Positions 32,270 through 42,150 of a DNA stretch of 64,000 bases are shown here, in pieces; the stretch's first letter is position 1, and each line of letters opens with the position of its first letter. The notes beneath the pieces are model-generated. The model worked only from the letters and a program-made list of their open reading frames with translations, did not search any database and was not told the origin of the DNA. The translations under genes and the position numbers were made by a program. This DNA comes from Nitrospirota bacterium (GTDB lineage: Bacteria; Nitrospirota; Thermodesulfovibrionia; Thermodesulfovibrionales; JdFR-85): the NCBI GenBank assembly GCA_035873375.1, contig JAYWMQ010000052.1:44331-108330 (forward strand). The letters are read 5' to 3'.

Positions 32270-35041
32270 TTAATCTCCGGTTGTAAAGCTTGCTTCTTTG
32301 CTATCCGTGTTATCAGTACCATCACTTGCAATGACCTTCCAGGTGTAATCAGTGCCTGGCTGGAGAGTTGCAGAATAGGTCTGTATACCGGGCGCTCCAA
32401 AGTTATCGATACCGTCATTACTTGATGTATCGGTTGTGCTCTTTCCGCATGAGACAAGGAACATGGCTGTTATTGCCATCAGGCCGATCAAGAGCGCCAG
32501 CTTCCTGCGCCTTGCACTGCCTGCAAGCATCATCCCGAAGAGTAACAGTCCTGCTCCGGAACCAAGTCCGGCATAGAGGGTACTGCTGCTCTTCTTGGTA
32601 ACAAGGTCTCCACTCACTGCATCGTAGCAGTTGCTATCAACAGTAGCTGGATCCGAAGAATAGCAGACCTGATAGGAAACAGCGTCGCCATCTTCATCAG
32701 TGGACTCTGTCCAGGCAAAAGTTACATCTGCAGACGCAGTTACGTCTCCATCAGACGGGTAGAGGAGTTCAGGTGCGTCTGGAGCTGAATTATCAGCAGC
32801 CACTGCAGCTGGCACCGCACAGTCACTCAGGAGGCTCAGGAGGTCTGAGTCCGACAGGTCTGAAGTATCGGTTGTAGCACTGTATGTCCAGCGTGGCGCC
32901 GTACCTCCGCTGGTACCGCACATGGCTACTGCAACCTCTGGGACACCGGTGTCATCGGAATTTATGCGGAGAATCTTTCCGAAAGAACCCGCGGCAGTCG
33001 GGGTAAAACCGATGTCAATCGTGCAATTTCCTCCTGCGGCAAGAGAGGAACCACAGTTATTTGTAACGGTGAACGGCAGAAATGCACCTGCACCATATGT
33101 AGTATCACGGGATGTTGACAGGTTGGTGAGTGTTGATGCGCTGTTATTGGCCACTGTTATGACCTGTGTTGGTGAATTGCCGATACTCACGTCGCCAAAG
33201 TTCATCTCAAGATCGTTAACAGGCAGCACATCGTCGGTTACCGCAATCTGCGCTGAGACCCCAAGAGACCTGTCACCGGGACCGTCTGCATCTGCATGGT
33301 CATTCCAGCTTGTATATGTTGGCGTAGCACCTGTACAAGTTGTATAGGGTGCAACTGAACCCCACCCGCTCTGTGCCCTTACATTCCAGGTGTGGGAACC
33401 GGCTGCAGGTGTATTTGTGAATAGATATTCTGTCCAGAGGACACCATCACCGGGATCAACGTTGCTTGTAAGTACAGGAGTTGTGAAAACATCTACATAT
33501 AAATCAACGTTAGTTACACAAGGTTGGTACTTACCCTGAGCACGGGGTACCTGCAGAATCCCGACCTTAAACTGACCGGTGGCTGCATTTGCATAACTGT
33601 CTGCAGGGCTTATGGCGTATACCTGGGGTCCGTGGAAGTCGGTATTAGTGGCAAGGGGGATATCGGCATACCACTCCTTCATGCCTCCATTGTTATAAGT
33701 GTCGGCGTAGTCTATGTTGTAGACGTTTCTGAAGCCGAGTTTCTGCAGATAAACACCCGCCCAGTAGCTGCGGTAGCCGCTCTTGCACATAACGTAGAGC
33801 GGAGTATTGTAGTCAATAACACCTGCATCCTTCAGGTAGGCGAAACTGTCGGTAAAGCTGGTTGCGTTATCAGGAAGCCAACCTTCAGTACCATTGCCGT
33901 CTGAGATCCAGAAGGGCACATTAATAGCCTCCCTCACTATACCGGTTGCAGTGTCGGTCCACTGAGGGGAACGGGCATTTGCTGCTGTGCTGGAACAGTT
34001 ATAAGTAAAAGGAGTCCAGCCTGTATCTTCGCATCCCTGATGTTCTTCCCATGTACGGACATCGACTACTACGCCGTTACGTGCTGCTGCATAGGCACTT
34101 GCATCTGCAGGTGAGATATCGGTTACTCCAAGGGCGTTGTTGTTAAGTCCCCTTCCGGGGTTGTTGGCCGCATATGCCCTCCATGTCCAGGGGTTAACCG
34201 GAATGTCGAACGGATATGTGGATGCTTTGAATGTATATTCTGTCCAGAGACCGGAGGCATCGGTCGTGCTAAAGGCAACCTCACTCCCTTTGTTTCCGTT
34301 GTCGAATATCTGCAGCGAAACCCTGTTTACCGTCGGCCAGCCAAAACCACTGCTCGGGGTTGGCTCAAGGACGCTGACGGTAAAGGTCTCAGTGCCGTCA
34401 AACTCTGCAAAGACCATTGGTGGTGTATAGGTATAGCCGGACCAGTATGTCCCCATGTACTTGGGCAGGTTGTTGGCATTCCACTCCTGCATACCGCCAT
34501 TACCGCCGGTCGGGGTACCATCATTATCAATATCGTAGAGGTTGGTAAAGGTAGCCGTTGTGGCGGTCTTGGCATTAAAGAAGGTGTTTGCCTCCATCCA
34601 CAGGCCCATGTAGTGGCTCCTGTAAGCAGTTTTGCAGAGGAGGTATATGGGTGTGTTAAAGTCTATCACTCCCCTGGCAAGCAGTCCCTCTATAATATTA
34701 CGCACCTCAATCGGGTCCTGTGGCTGTGTATCACTGGCTGAGCTGTTAATCCATAAGGGCACACTTATAGGAAGCTTTGTCTTGCCTCCCGCCCTCCACT
34801 TCGGGGTGCCGTTGTATGCAGTGTCGGAGTCTATAGTCCCCGGCGTTCCAGCCCACGGCGGGATAAGGCCGTTGTACTCATCCACTGACCGTGTGTCAAA
34901 AATAACCGCTGTTGAGTCTGCCTGCAGGGAATTGTATGCAGTGGTTGCCGCCACATCTGTCAGTGCGTACACTGACGGCACTGCAAAGAGGAACAGCCCT
35001 GCAATGGCCAAAAATACTGTGAATAATTTTTTACTCCTCAT
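32270..35041 (-). CDS. secreted tandem-rhodanese surface protein with split-FN3/membrane-hairpin C-terminus (paralog D)
   Basis: 923 aa with signal MRSKKLFTVFLAIAGLFLFAVPSVYA. Rhodanese 1 (aa ~28-194) has loop LLCKTAYRS. Rhodanese 2 (aa ~308-462) has loop VMCKSGYRS. Domain order is the same as paralog B and long stretches are near-identical to B. SD is GGAGG, 7 nt, ATG. Confidence 0.88.
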   Translation of the reverse strand: MRSKKLFTVFLAIAGLFLFAVPSVYALTDVAATTAYNSLQADSTAVIFDTRSVDEYNGLIPPWAGTPGTIDSDTAYNGTPKWRAGGKTKLPISVPLWINSSASDTQPQDPIEVRNIIEGLLARGVIDFNTPIYLLCKTAYRSHYMGLWMEANTFFNAKTATTATFTNLYDIDNDGTPTGGNGGMQEWNANNLPKYMGTYWSGYTYTPPMVFAEFDGTETFTVSVLEPTPSSGFGWPTVNRVSLQIFDNGNKGSEVAFSTTDASGLWTEYTFKASTYPFDIPVNPWTWRAYAANNPGRGLNNNALGVTDISPADASAYAAARNGVVVDVRTWEEHQGCEDTGWTPFTYNCSSTAANARSPQWTDTATGIVREAINVPFWISDGNGTEGWLPDNATSFTDSFAYLKDAGVIDYNTPLYVMCKSGYRSYWAGVYLQKLGFRNVYNIDYADTYNNGGMKEWYADIPLATNTDFHGPQVYAISPADSYANAATGQFKVGILQVPRAQGKYQPCVTNVDLYVDVFTTPVLTSNVDPGDGVLWTEYLFTNTPAAGSHTWNVRAQSGWGSVAPYTTCTGATPTYTSWNDHADADGPGDRSLGVSAQIAVTDDVLPVNDLEMNFGDVSIGNSPTQVITVANNSASTLTNLSTSRDTTYGAGAFLPFTVTNNCGSSLAAGGNCTIDIGFTPTAAGSFGKILRINSDDTGVPEVAVAMCGTSGGTAPRWTYSATTDTSDLSDSDLLSLLSDCAVPAAVAADNSAPDAPELLYPSDGDVTASADVTFAWTESTDEDGDAVSYQVCYSSDPATVDSNCYDAVSGDLVTKKSSSTLYAGLGSGAGLLLFGMMLAGSARRRKLALLIGLMAITAMFLVSCGKSTTDTSSNDGIDNFGAPGIQTYSATLQPGTDYTWKVIASDGTDNTDSKEASFTTGD
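32444..32575 (-). other. membrane-hairpin insertion in paralog D
   Basis: Encodes YAGLGSGAGLLLFGMMLAGSARRRKLALLIGLMAITAMFLVSCG (aa 823-866). Confidence 0.8.
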
Positions 35042-35403
35042 AAAATACCTCCATTATAATTTAATGAGATGGAAAGAAATCTTGAATTGATTAGGTTTCT
35101 GATATCTTCGTTCTTACCCCGACCCCCCTGCCCTGTTGAATAGGCAGGTCACTATGTTTTATCTAAGGTTTATCACCTCCCTGTTTCATTGGGATATTCA
35201 GTGAACTTTATTTCTGGAGATGCTGTTTATTTTATGTTCTTGTGAGAATTCACCAACATAGCTTGTGCGTCTTCTGCCGGCTGCCGGGGATAGCCTTAAA
35301 TTTCTGTAGCAAGTAGTGGATTGGTTTTTATTGTCCCATGACATGAAGTGTCTTTACTTAAACAATAAACTCTTACCATCCCCCACTCCTATTATGTATG
35401 TAT

Positions 35404-35432
35404 ATAATAATATTAAATTATATCATTGTCAA
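35404..35432 (-). promoter_or_regulatory. candidate sigma70-type promoter for paralog D (TTGACA-N17-TATTAT)
   Basis: On the minus strand, TTGACA is at 35432..35427 and TATTAT at 35409..35404, with a 17-nt spacer. This implies a ~350-nt leader. Sequence match only. Confidence 0.35.
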
Positions 35433-35444
35433 GCCCTAAATCAG

Positions 35445-35486
35445 CAGGTTGTGTCTTTTAAATGAGCACTCAAAAGACACAACCTG
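35445..35486. terminator. 15-bp perfect hairpin downstream of the Nudix gene (possible terminator/insulator)
   Basis: caggttgtgtctttt (35445..35459) pairs with aaaagacacaacctg (35472..35486), with a 12-nt loop. There is no clean external T-run, so function is uncertain. Confidence 0.4.
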
Positions 35487-35564
35487 TTGAAAAATAAGGC
35501 AAAACATGATTACAGAAGTGGTCAAAACTCTTTTTAAAAAAAATATAAAAATAACGCAGCCGGC

Positions 35565-36068
35565 TCAGGGGGAGAGGGTTTTCAGGTATCTCGGGAACTC
35601 TTCCTCGAAATTATCGCTTAAAACACCCCTGCCAAGACTCTCTCTAATCTCGTGCAAAGGCCAGAACCTGACCTCATCTATCTCTTCCTTACTGAAATCA
35701 AAAGGTCCCTCATGGAGACACTCGTATGAAGAGACAAGTTCCGACTCATAGGGATTTGAATGTATATATGAGTACAGGAATTTTATATCCATACCTGTAA
35801 TCCCAAGCTCTTCCTCCATCTCTCTCCTGAGTGCACCCTCTACAGTCTCCCCTGCATCCACGTGTCCTCCGACGGATGTATCCCACCTGCCGGGGGCAAC
35901 ATCCTTGTTCATCGACCTTCGCTGAAGCAGGATATCCCCGGAGGAGTTTACAACAATCACATGCACCACCCTGTGAAGGAGGCTGTTATTGCCATGTATC
36001 ACAGTCCTTGATGCACGGCCGATGACCTCACCGGCCTTATCGACTATCTCCAGTATCTCTTCACCCAT
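35565..36068 (-). CDS. Nudix hydrolase
   Basis: 167 aa. Nudix box GGHVDAGETVEGALRREMEEELGI (Gx5Ex7REUxEExGU). Confidence 0.9.
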   Translation of the reverse strand: MGEEILEIVDKAGEVIGRASRTVIHGNNSLLHRVVHVIVVNSSGDILLQRRSMNKDVAPGRWDTSVGGHVDAGETVEGALRREMEEELGITGMDIKFLYSYIHSNPYESELVSSYECLHEGPFDFSKEEIDEVRFWPLHEIRESLGRGVLSDNFEEEFPRYLKTLSP

Positions 36069-36179
36069 GCTTTAAGATAACAGACTTCCCAACCATCTTT
36101 CAACAGCAAATCACGGCAATACCTTATAGTCTTCCCGATATGATATAATTAGTGTTTTCAAAACCCAATGGGAGGCTAT

Positions 36180-37874
36180 ATGAGATTTTCAAGAACCTGT
36201 GTTCCAACCCTGAGAGAGACACCATCAGAGGCAGAGGCTGTAAGCCACAAGTTATTACTCCGGGCAGGTTACATAAGACAGCTTGCCGCCGGTCTTTATA
36301 TATTCATGCCCCTTGGCTGGAGGGTAATGGGAAAGATAAATGCCATTATAAAGGAAGAGATGGCTCGGATAGACGCCCAGGAGCTTCTGCTGCCCGTGCT
36401 GCATCCTGCCGATATATGGCAGAAGACAGGCAGGTGGTCCGAGATTGGGGATGAGATGTTCCGGCTCAAGGACAGGACCGGCAGGGATATGTGTCTTGGC
36501 ATGACGCATGAGGAGATAATGACATGGCTGGCATCGCGGGAGATACGTTCCTACAAGGTCCTTCCCCAGATATGGTACCAGATACAGACAAAACTGAGGG
36601 ACGAGGCAAGGCCAAAGAGCGGCATCCTGAGGACAAGAGAGTTTATCATGAAGGACTCATACAGTTTTGACCGTGACGAAAACGGCCTCAGCCAGAGCTA
36701 CCGCCTTCATGAAGAGGCGTATCACAGGATTTTTGAAAGGTGCGGACTTAAATTCTACCAGGTAGAATCAGACCCCGGCATGATGGGTGGTGCAACCGCA
36801 CATGAGTTCATGGCGCCAAGTCCGGCAGGGGAAGACGATGTTGCCATTTGCGACTCCTGCGGCTATGCCGCAAATGTTGAACTGGCAATCAGCGTCTCAC
36901 CGGAAACAAAATTTGAGGACCGGCCATTTGAAGAGGTTCATACCCCTCAAAAACGGACCGTCCGTGAGGTATCGGAATTTCTCGGTGCATCCCCGGCTTA
37001 TTTTATAAAAAGTCTTCTCTTCATGGCAGATACAGGGCCTGTACTCGTGCTTCTCAGGGGTGACCAGGAGCTTCAGGAGAAAAAACTTCAGAGGCTCATC
37101 GGACCATGCAGGCCTGCCCGTAAAGAGGAAGTCCTTGAAACACTCGAAGTGGAGCCCGGATTCATTGGCCCAATGGGGCATAAAATCAGGATTATTGCTG
37201 ACGAGGCACTGAAAGAAGGCGTTTACATAAGCGGTGCAAACAGGGCGGATTATCACGTAAGGGGGGTAAGGCCGGGAGAAGACTTTGATGCCGAATGGAC
37301 GGACCTGCACATGGTGAAGGGGGGAGACAGGTGCTGTAAATGCAGGGCCTCTCTAAGGATCGAAAAGGTGATCGAGATTGGGAACATCTTTAAGCTCGGC
37401 ACCAAATACTCGGAGCCATTAAAGGCGTATTATCTTGATGAAAAGGGTAAGGAGCACCCCCTTGTCATGGGGAGCTACGGAATCGGGCCTGCAAGGATTG
37501 CTGCGGCTGCAGTGGAACAGAGCAATGATGAAAACGGCATCATATGGCCTGAAAGCATTGCACCCTTTGATGTCATGATATTACCGCTCAAGATGAATAA
37601 TACAGAAATAGTGCGGGTCTCCGAGGATATCTATCAGGAACTTACCCGGAAGGGTCTTGATGTCTTCATGGACGACCGCAACGAAAGGGCAGGAGTAAAG
37701 TTCAAAGACGCTGACCTTATCGGAATCCCCCTTCAGGTGGTTATTGGTGAAAAAAATCTGAAGGAAGGTTTTATTGAGATAAAGATACGCAGGACAGGGG
37801 AGAAAAAGCTTGTCAGAACAGATGAGGCGGTTGAGGGGATTGCAGGGATAGTCTCATCAAATAAGGCAGAATGA
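36180..37874 (+). CDS. proS: proline--tRNA ligase
   Basis: MRFSRTCVPTLRETPSEAEAVSHKLLLRAGYIRQLAAGLY matches the bacterial ProRS N-terminus, with class II motifs and an anticodon-binding C-terminus. The ATG at 36180 follows GGGAGG. The track start at 36168 lies inside that SD. Confidence 0.93.
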   Translation: MRFSRTCVPTLRETPSEAEAVSHKLLLRAGYIRQLAAGLYIFMPLGWRVMGKINAIIKEEMARIDAQELLLPVLHPADIWQKTGRWSEIGDEMFRLKDRTGRDMCLGMTHEEIMTWLASREIRSYKVLPQIWYQIQTKLRDEARPKSGILRTREFIMKDSYSFDRDENGLSQSYRLHEEAYHRIFERCGLKFYQVESDPGMMGGATAHEFMAPSPAGEDDVAICDSCGYAANVELAISVSPETKFEDRPFEEVHTPQKRTVREVSEFLGASPAYFIKSLLFMADTGPVLVLLRGDQELQEKKLQRLIGPCRPARKEEVLETLEVEPGFIGPMGHKIRIIADEALKEGVYISGANRADYHVRGVRPGEDFDAEWTDLHMVKGGDRCCKCRASLRIEKVIEIGNIFKLGTKYSEPLKAYYLDEKGKEHPLVMGSYGIGPARIAAAAVEQSNDENGIIWPESIAPFDVMILPLKMNNTEIVRVSEDIYQELTRKGLDVFMDDRNERAGVKFKDADLIGIPLQVVIGEKNLKEGFIEIKIRRTGEKKLVRTDEAVEGIAGIVSSNKAE

Positions 37875-37957
37875 GAGGGTGCCTCAGCGTGGATTGACTT
37901 GCGGTCTGTGCCTGCCCCTGAATAACCTTCAAAACCAAAAAACCAAATTCCAGTGAT

Positions 37958-38488
37958 ATTAACCTGGCAAATAAATACAGAGTTCTTTTGCTGGCTGAGT
38001 GGTTAGCTTTGCTGACAAATATGTCTCCCTGAATAGTTGCCAGGTTAATAAGTAAGGTTGTTGGAAGCGATATGATAGAGTCTTCACTCATTCTCGTCCC
38101 GAAATACTTCGGGGCTCCGAGGAAACCGTTCAGACTCAATCATATCGCTTCCTTCTCTTGAGCAAACCTTTTTGTTACTGGACCCTGCAATCTATATGAG
38201 AGAGACATATTCGTCAAAATCAACCACTTAAGAACTTGTTGAGAAAACCCTTGATTTGTCACCCTGAACTTGATTCAGATACTCATCGGTCACGAGCTCA
38301 GCGCCACATTGAGGGAGAAAACCATTGAGTTGTCACCCTGAACTTGATTCAGGGTCTATACTACAACGTTACATGTTGATTCTTAGAGATTCTGAAATAA
38401 ATTCAGAATGACATATACTTTGTTTTTTTCTGTTTGTGCTACAAAACTTTAACCATCTAAAAACTCTGTATTTATTTGCAGGCTTAAT
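37958..38488. repeat. ~530-bp non-coding block bounded by ~27-nt imperfect inverted repeats (MITE-like), full of nested hairpins and a 38-nt direct repeat
   Basis: attaacctggcaaataaatacagagtt (37958..37984) is the imperfect reverse complement of aactctgtatttatttgcaggcttaat (38462..38488). There is an inner inverted copy ttgccaggttaat at 38037..38049. A 21-bp inverted repeat ggaagcgatatgatagagtct / agactcaatcatatcgcttcc lies at ~38064..38152. A direct repeat gagaaaacc[c/a]ttga[t/g]ttgtcaccctgaacttgattcag occurs at 38241..38278 and 38315..38352. Confidence 0.6.
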
Positions 38489-39029
38489 AATGCTGTACCG
38501 GATGGGACAAAGGCACGGTATCTCTAAGCAGCTCCCGCATTTTGTGGAAGATGCCGAGATACTCCGGGGTACCATAGTCCAGATAGGTAAATTGATGGGA
38601 CCGGTATTTTCCTTTTGAGTAAAACAGTGTTACCTCTGCAAAGATGCCACTACCGAGATATATCCTGTGGGGATAGTTCTTTGTTGTGGCAAGCACCACC
38701 TTTGCCTCTGTGATATAGCCGGGATCAAGATTCACTTTCCTTCTGTCATCAACCGAAAACATTTCTTCAAGTTCATTGGTGACGAGCTTTACCTCTCTTA
38801 TTGTCCCGGTATTAAATCTCTTCTTAAACGCGAGAAACCGTCTGGTTATGGGCCAGCCCAGCTCATATCTGTAATATTCTGAATGAACCCATGGAAGGCA
38901 CTCACTTTCAAACAACAATTCACCAAAACTATTTATCAGGTGCTCCTTTGCCTTCAAGTAAAACTCTTCGTCAGAATACAGGGTGGCCATGAAAAGGAGG
39001 GCTCTCTCCGGAGTGTGCGTTTTTCTCAT
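38484..39029 (-). CDS. DUF4416-like conserved protein
   Basis: 181 aa. Pattern NLDPGYITEAKVVLATTKNYPHRIYLGSGIFAEVTLFY...FTYLDY resembles the DUF4416 family as I recall it. No function is known. Confidence 0.6.
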   Translation of the reverse strand: MRKTHTPERALLFMATLYSDEEFYLKAKEHLINSFGELLFESECLPWVHSEYYRYELGWPITRRFLAFKKRFNTGTIREVKLVTNELEEMFSVDDRRKVNLDPGYITEAKVVLATTKNYPHRIYLGSGIFAEVTLFYSKGKYRSHQFTYLDYGTPEYLGIFHKMRELLRDTVPLSHPVQHY

Positions 39030-39093
39030 ATTTTATAAAATTATGGTTCTTCCGACTTTTCAATCGTCAATAATCAATAGTCAATCGTCAATA

Positions 39094-39585
39094 CTAATAC
39101 CCACTCCAATCCCCTGCTCCTATAACCCTTTTTCGCAGTATCCCGTCCGCTCCTATTATGAACGTTTCAGGCACACCCGTGACACCGTATGTCCGCGCTG
39201 CCTTTTCACCGGGATCGGTATACAAGGGGATGTCATAATTATTTGTTTTCAGATATTTCATGCTCTTTGCAGGGTTTTCACGGTATACAATGCTCAGGAA
39301 GACAAAGTCCGGGTCTGATTTTCTCCTGTTATAGAGGGCCTGGATAGAAGGGAGTTCCTCCCTGCAGTTTGGACACCACGAGGCCCAGAAGTGCAGAAAG
39401 ACTGTTTTTCCCTTGAATTGGGAAAGTTTGACAGGAGCACCGTCACCGTCAAGAATGACAAACGCGGGGGCCTCAAGACCTATGATTGCCCTGCGTGCCT
39501 GCGGAGTTCTGTCTTTCTGGGTTAAAATTACGAGGAATACACCTATGACAAGGATAACTCCAAGGATAATTCCGCGTGAACTCAA
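39094..39585 (-). CDS. TlpA/ResA-family membrane-anchored thiol:disulfide oxidoreductase
   Basis: 163 aa. N-terminal TM anchor and thioredoxin fold with WASWCPNCREE (CxxC). TTG start immediately after the clpC stop. Confidence 0.88.
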   Translation of the reverse strand: MSSRGIILGVILVIGVFLVILTQKDRTPQARRAIIGLEAPAFVILDGDGAPVKLSQFKGKTVFLHFWASWCPNCREELPSIQALYNRRKSDPDFVFLSIVYRENPAKSMKYLKTNNYDIPLYTDPGEKAARTYGVTGVPETFIIGADGILRKRVIGAGDWSGY

Positions 39586-39594
39586 GGTTTAGCC

Positions 39595-42039
39595 TCAATT
39601 GACACTTGCTGTCAGCAATTCTTCCTTATGTGCTACCTTGAACACAGGCTTCCCATCCTCAAGAGCCACTACCACCTTGTTGGCTCCCTCAAACCTGCCC
39701 TTCAACATCTCTTCAGAGAGATAGTCTTCTATCTCTTTCTGCACGGCCCTTCTCATGGGCCTGGCACCATAGACAGGCTGATAATATTTGTCAACAAGCC
39801 ATTCCTTTACCTCGTCCGTAACCTCAAGGACTATCTCCTGCTCAACAAGCTGTTTGTTGGTCTCATCTATCAGCAGGTCAATAATGGAGAAGAGATGTAT
39901 CTTGTCAAGGGGATGGAAGACCACTATTTCGTCAACCCTGTTCAGAAACTCAGGATTAAAGGTCTTCTTCAGCTCGTTCAGCACGTTGTCCTTGATCTTC
40001 GTGTAGATGTCATCGGCACTGTTACGCTGAAATCCTAAAGGCGTGGCCTTCTCTATAATCCTGGCTCCAAGATTCGAGGTCATAATGATAACCGTATTCT
40101 TGAAATCTATCTTTCTTCCAATACTGTCGGTAAGCACTCCTTCATCAAGGATCTGAAGCAGGACATTAAAGACATCAGGGTGGGCCTTCTCTATCTCATC
40201 AAAGAGCACCACCGAATATGGTTTCTTCCTCACCCGCTCGGTAAGCTGTCCGCCCTCTTCATAACCTATATAGCCCGGAGGTGCACCGGTGAGCTTTGAG
40301 ACATTGAATCTCTCCATGTACTCTGACATATCAATCTTGATGAGAGAGTTCTCATCGTCAAACAGAAACTCTGCGAGTGCCTTCGCAAGCTCGGTCTTGC
40401 CCACACCTGTTGGACCAAGGAAGAAGAAAGAACCAATGGGCTTCTTTCTGCTTTTAAGTCCTGCCCTGGAACGTCTTATGGCTCTGCAGACTGCCCGGGT
40501 AGCCTCATCCTGGGCAATAATCCTCTTATGCAGTTCCTGCTCCATAAGGAGCAGTTTTTCCGTCTCTTCCCGTTCAAGTTTAATAAGGGGTATTCCCGTC
40601 ATCTTTGAGACTGTATAAGCAATATCCTCTGCCTTGATAACAGGGATATCCTTGGTGAGGTTATCACGCCACTGCTTGTGAAGCTGCTCATGTATCCTCT
40701 TGAGTTTCTCTTCCTCCCCTCTTACGGATGCCGCCTTTTCAACATCCTGAAGCTTGATATAAAGATTCTTCTCTTTGGATAGCCTTTCAAGGTCATGTTC
40801 AATATCCTTCAATTCAAGGGGCGGAGTATATCTTTTGAGCTTGATTCTCGAACCCGTCTCATCTATTACATCAATGGCCTTATCCGGCAGATTCCTGTCC
40901 GCTACATATCTGTCGGACATCTTTGCTGCGGTTACAACGGCATCCTCACTGTACTTAACCCTGTGATGCGCCTCATACTTGCTCTTTAAACCTATAAGGA
41001 TATCTATGGTCTCCTCCATATTCGGGGGGTCAACATAGATTGGCTGGAACCTCCTCTCGAGGGCACCATCCCTTTCAATATATTTCCTGAACTCATCGGC
41101 AGTGGTAGCGCCGATGCACTGTATTTCACCCCTGGAAAGGGCGGGTTTTAACATACTGGAGGCATCCACCGACCCTTCGGCAGCGCCCGCACCGATAAGC
41201 GTATGGAGTTCATCAATAAAGAGTATGATGTTGTCGGATTGCATTATCTCCTTCATTACAACCTTTAATCTCTCCTCAAACTGTCCCCTGTATTTGGTTC
41301 CCGCAATCAGGGCACCGAGGTCAAGGGAGATGATTCTCTTGCCGAGCAACTGGTCGGGAACATCGCCGGTAACAATCTTCTGGGCAAGCCCTTCCACAAT
41401 TGCAGTTTTGCCGACACCGGGCTCACCAATAATTGCCGGATTATTTTTGACCCTCCGGCCGAGTATCTGAAGGACACGCTCTATCTCTTTTTCCCTGCCG
41501 ATAACTGGGTCAAGTTTTCCTTTCTTGGCAAGAGTCGTCAGGTCTTTTCCAAACTCATCAAGCGCGGGAGTGGCTGTCTTCTTTTCCCGTATATGGGGCT
41601 GTGTCCTCATTGACAGATTTATGGAGAGTTGCCTTGCCCCGAGCAGATTGGCTCCAAGGTTTCTGAGAATTTTCCCGCCGATTCCTTCATCCTCCCTCAC
41701 CAGGCCGAGCAGGAGGTGTTCGCTGCCGATATAGTTATGTCCAAGGAGCCTTGCTTCCTCGACTGCAAGTTCAAGCACCTTTTTGGCCCTTGGTGTAAAC
41801 GGTATATCTCCAAATGTAAGGAGATTGGTACCAACAGGAAGATTCCTTTCGACCTCTATGCGAATCTCTTCTATGGAAAGCCCCATCTTTTTAAGAACGA
41901 CTACCGGCAGGCCATCCTGTTCCCTGATCAATCCCAGAAGCAGGTGTTCGGTGCCCAGATAATCATTCTGCCGTCTTTCCGCCTCTTCCTTGGCATATAT
42001 AATTACCTTTCTTCCTCTTTCAGTAAACTTTTCAAACAT
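39595..42039 (-). CDS. clpC: ATP-dependent Clp protease ATP-binding subunit ClpC-type
   Basis: 814 aa. Double Clp_N repeat ([12 protein letters not shown] / [12 protein letters not shown]), two AAA+ modules ([30 protein letters not shown]) and a UVR-like middle domain. Confidence 0.93.
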   Translation of the reverse strand: MFEKFTERGRKVIIYAKEEAERRQNDYLGTEHLLLGLIREQDGLPVVVLKKMGLSIEEIRIEVERNLPVGTNLLTFGDIPFTPRAKKVLELAVEEARLLGHNYIGSEHLLLGLVREDEGIGGKILRNLGANLLGARQLSINLSMRTQPHIREKKTATPALDEFGKDLTTLAKKGKLDPVIGREKEIERVLQILGRRVKNNPAIIGEPGVGKTAIVEGLAQKIVTGDVPDQLLGKRIISLDLGALIAGTKYRGQFEERLKVVMKEIMQSDNIILFIDELHTLIGAGAAEGSVDASSMLKPALSRGEIQCIGATTADEFRKYIERDGALERRFQPIYVDPPNMEETIDILIGLKSKYEAHHRVKYSEDAVVTAAKMSDRYVADRNLPDKAIDVIDETGSRIKLKRYTPPLELKDIEHDLERLSKEKNLYIKLQDVEKAASVRGEEEKLKRIHEQLHKQWRDNLTKDIPVIKAEDIAYTVSKMTGIPLIKLEREETEKLLLMEQELHKRIIAQDEATRAVCRAIRRSRAGLKSRKKPIGSFFFLGPTGVGKTELAKALAEFLFDDENSLIKIDMSEYMERFNVSKLTGAPPGYIGYEEGGQLTERVRKKPYSVVLFDEIEKAHPDVFNVLLQILDEGVLTDSIGRKIDFKNTVIIMTSNLGARIIEKATPLGFQRNSADDIYTKIKDNVLNELKKTFNPEFLNRVDEIVVFHPLDKIHLFSIIDLLIDETNKQLVEQEIVLEVTDEVKEWLVDKYYQPVYGARPMRRAVQKEIEDYLSEEMLKGRFEGANKVVVALEDGKPVFKVAHKEELLTASVN

Positions 42040-42120
42040 ATATGCTCCTTGTGCACGGGGCGAATTTTATTGAATGTATCTCTTTTACAGAGTCAATTTT
42101 CATCTTGTCCCCTTAAAAAC

Positions 42121-42150
42121 ATAATACTTATTTTATAAGGGGGTTGTCAA
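42121..42150 (-). promoter_or_regulatory. candidate sigma70-type promoter for clpC (TTGACA-N18-TATTAT)
   Basis: On the minus strand, TTGACA is at 42150..42145 and TATTAT at 42126..42121, ~80 nt upstream of the ATG at 42039. Same hexamers as the candidate at 35404..35432. Confidence 0.35.

Noticed and set aside
32131-32457. 108-aa minus-strand ORF overlapping the 3' end of paralog D and its terminator
   Set aside because: It overlaps the D coding frame out of phase and runs across the 15-bp terminator hairpin. It has no SD and no motif.
23401-32575. Interpreting the internal RRRK + lipobox as evidence that each paralog is two genes fused by a sequencing error
   Set aside because: The same in-frame junction occurs in all four paralogs with different codons. 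The flanking segments look like complementary halves of one domain. A shared artefact is implausible.
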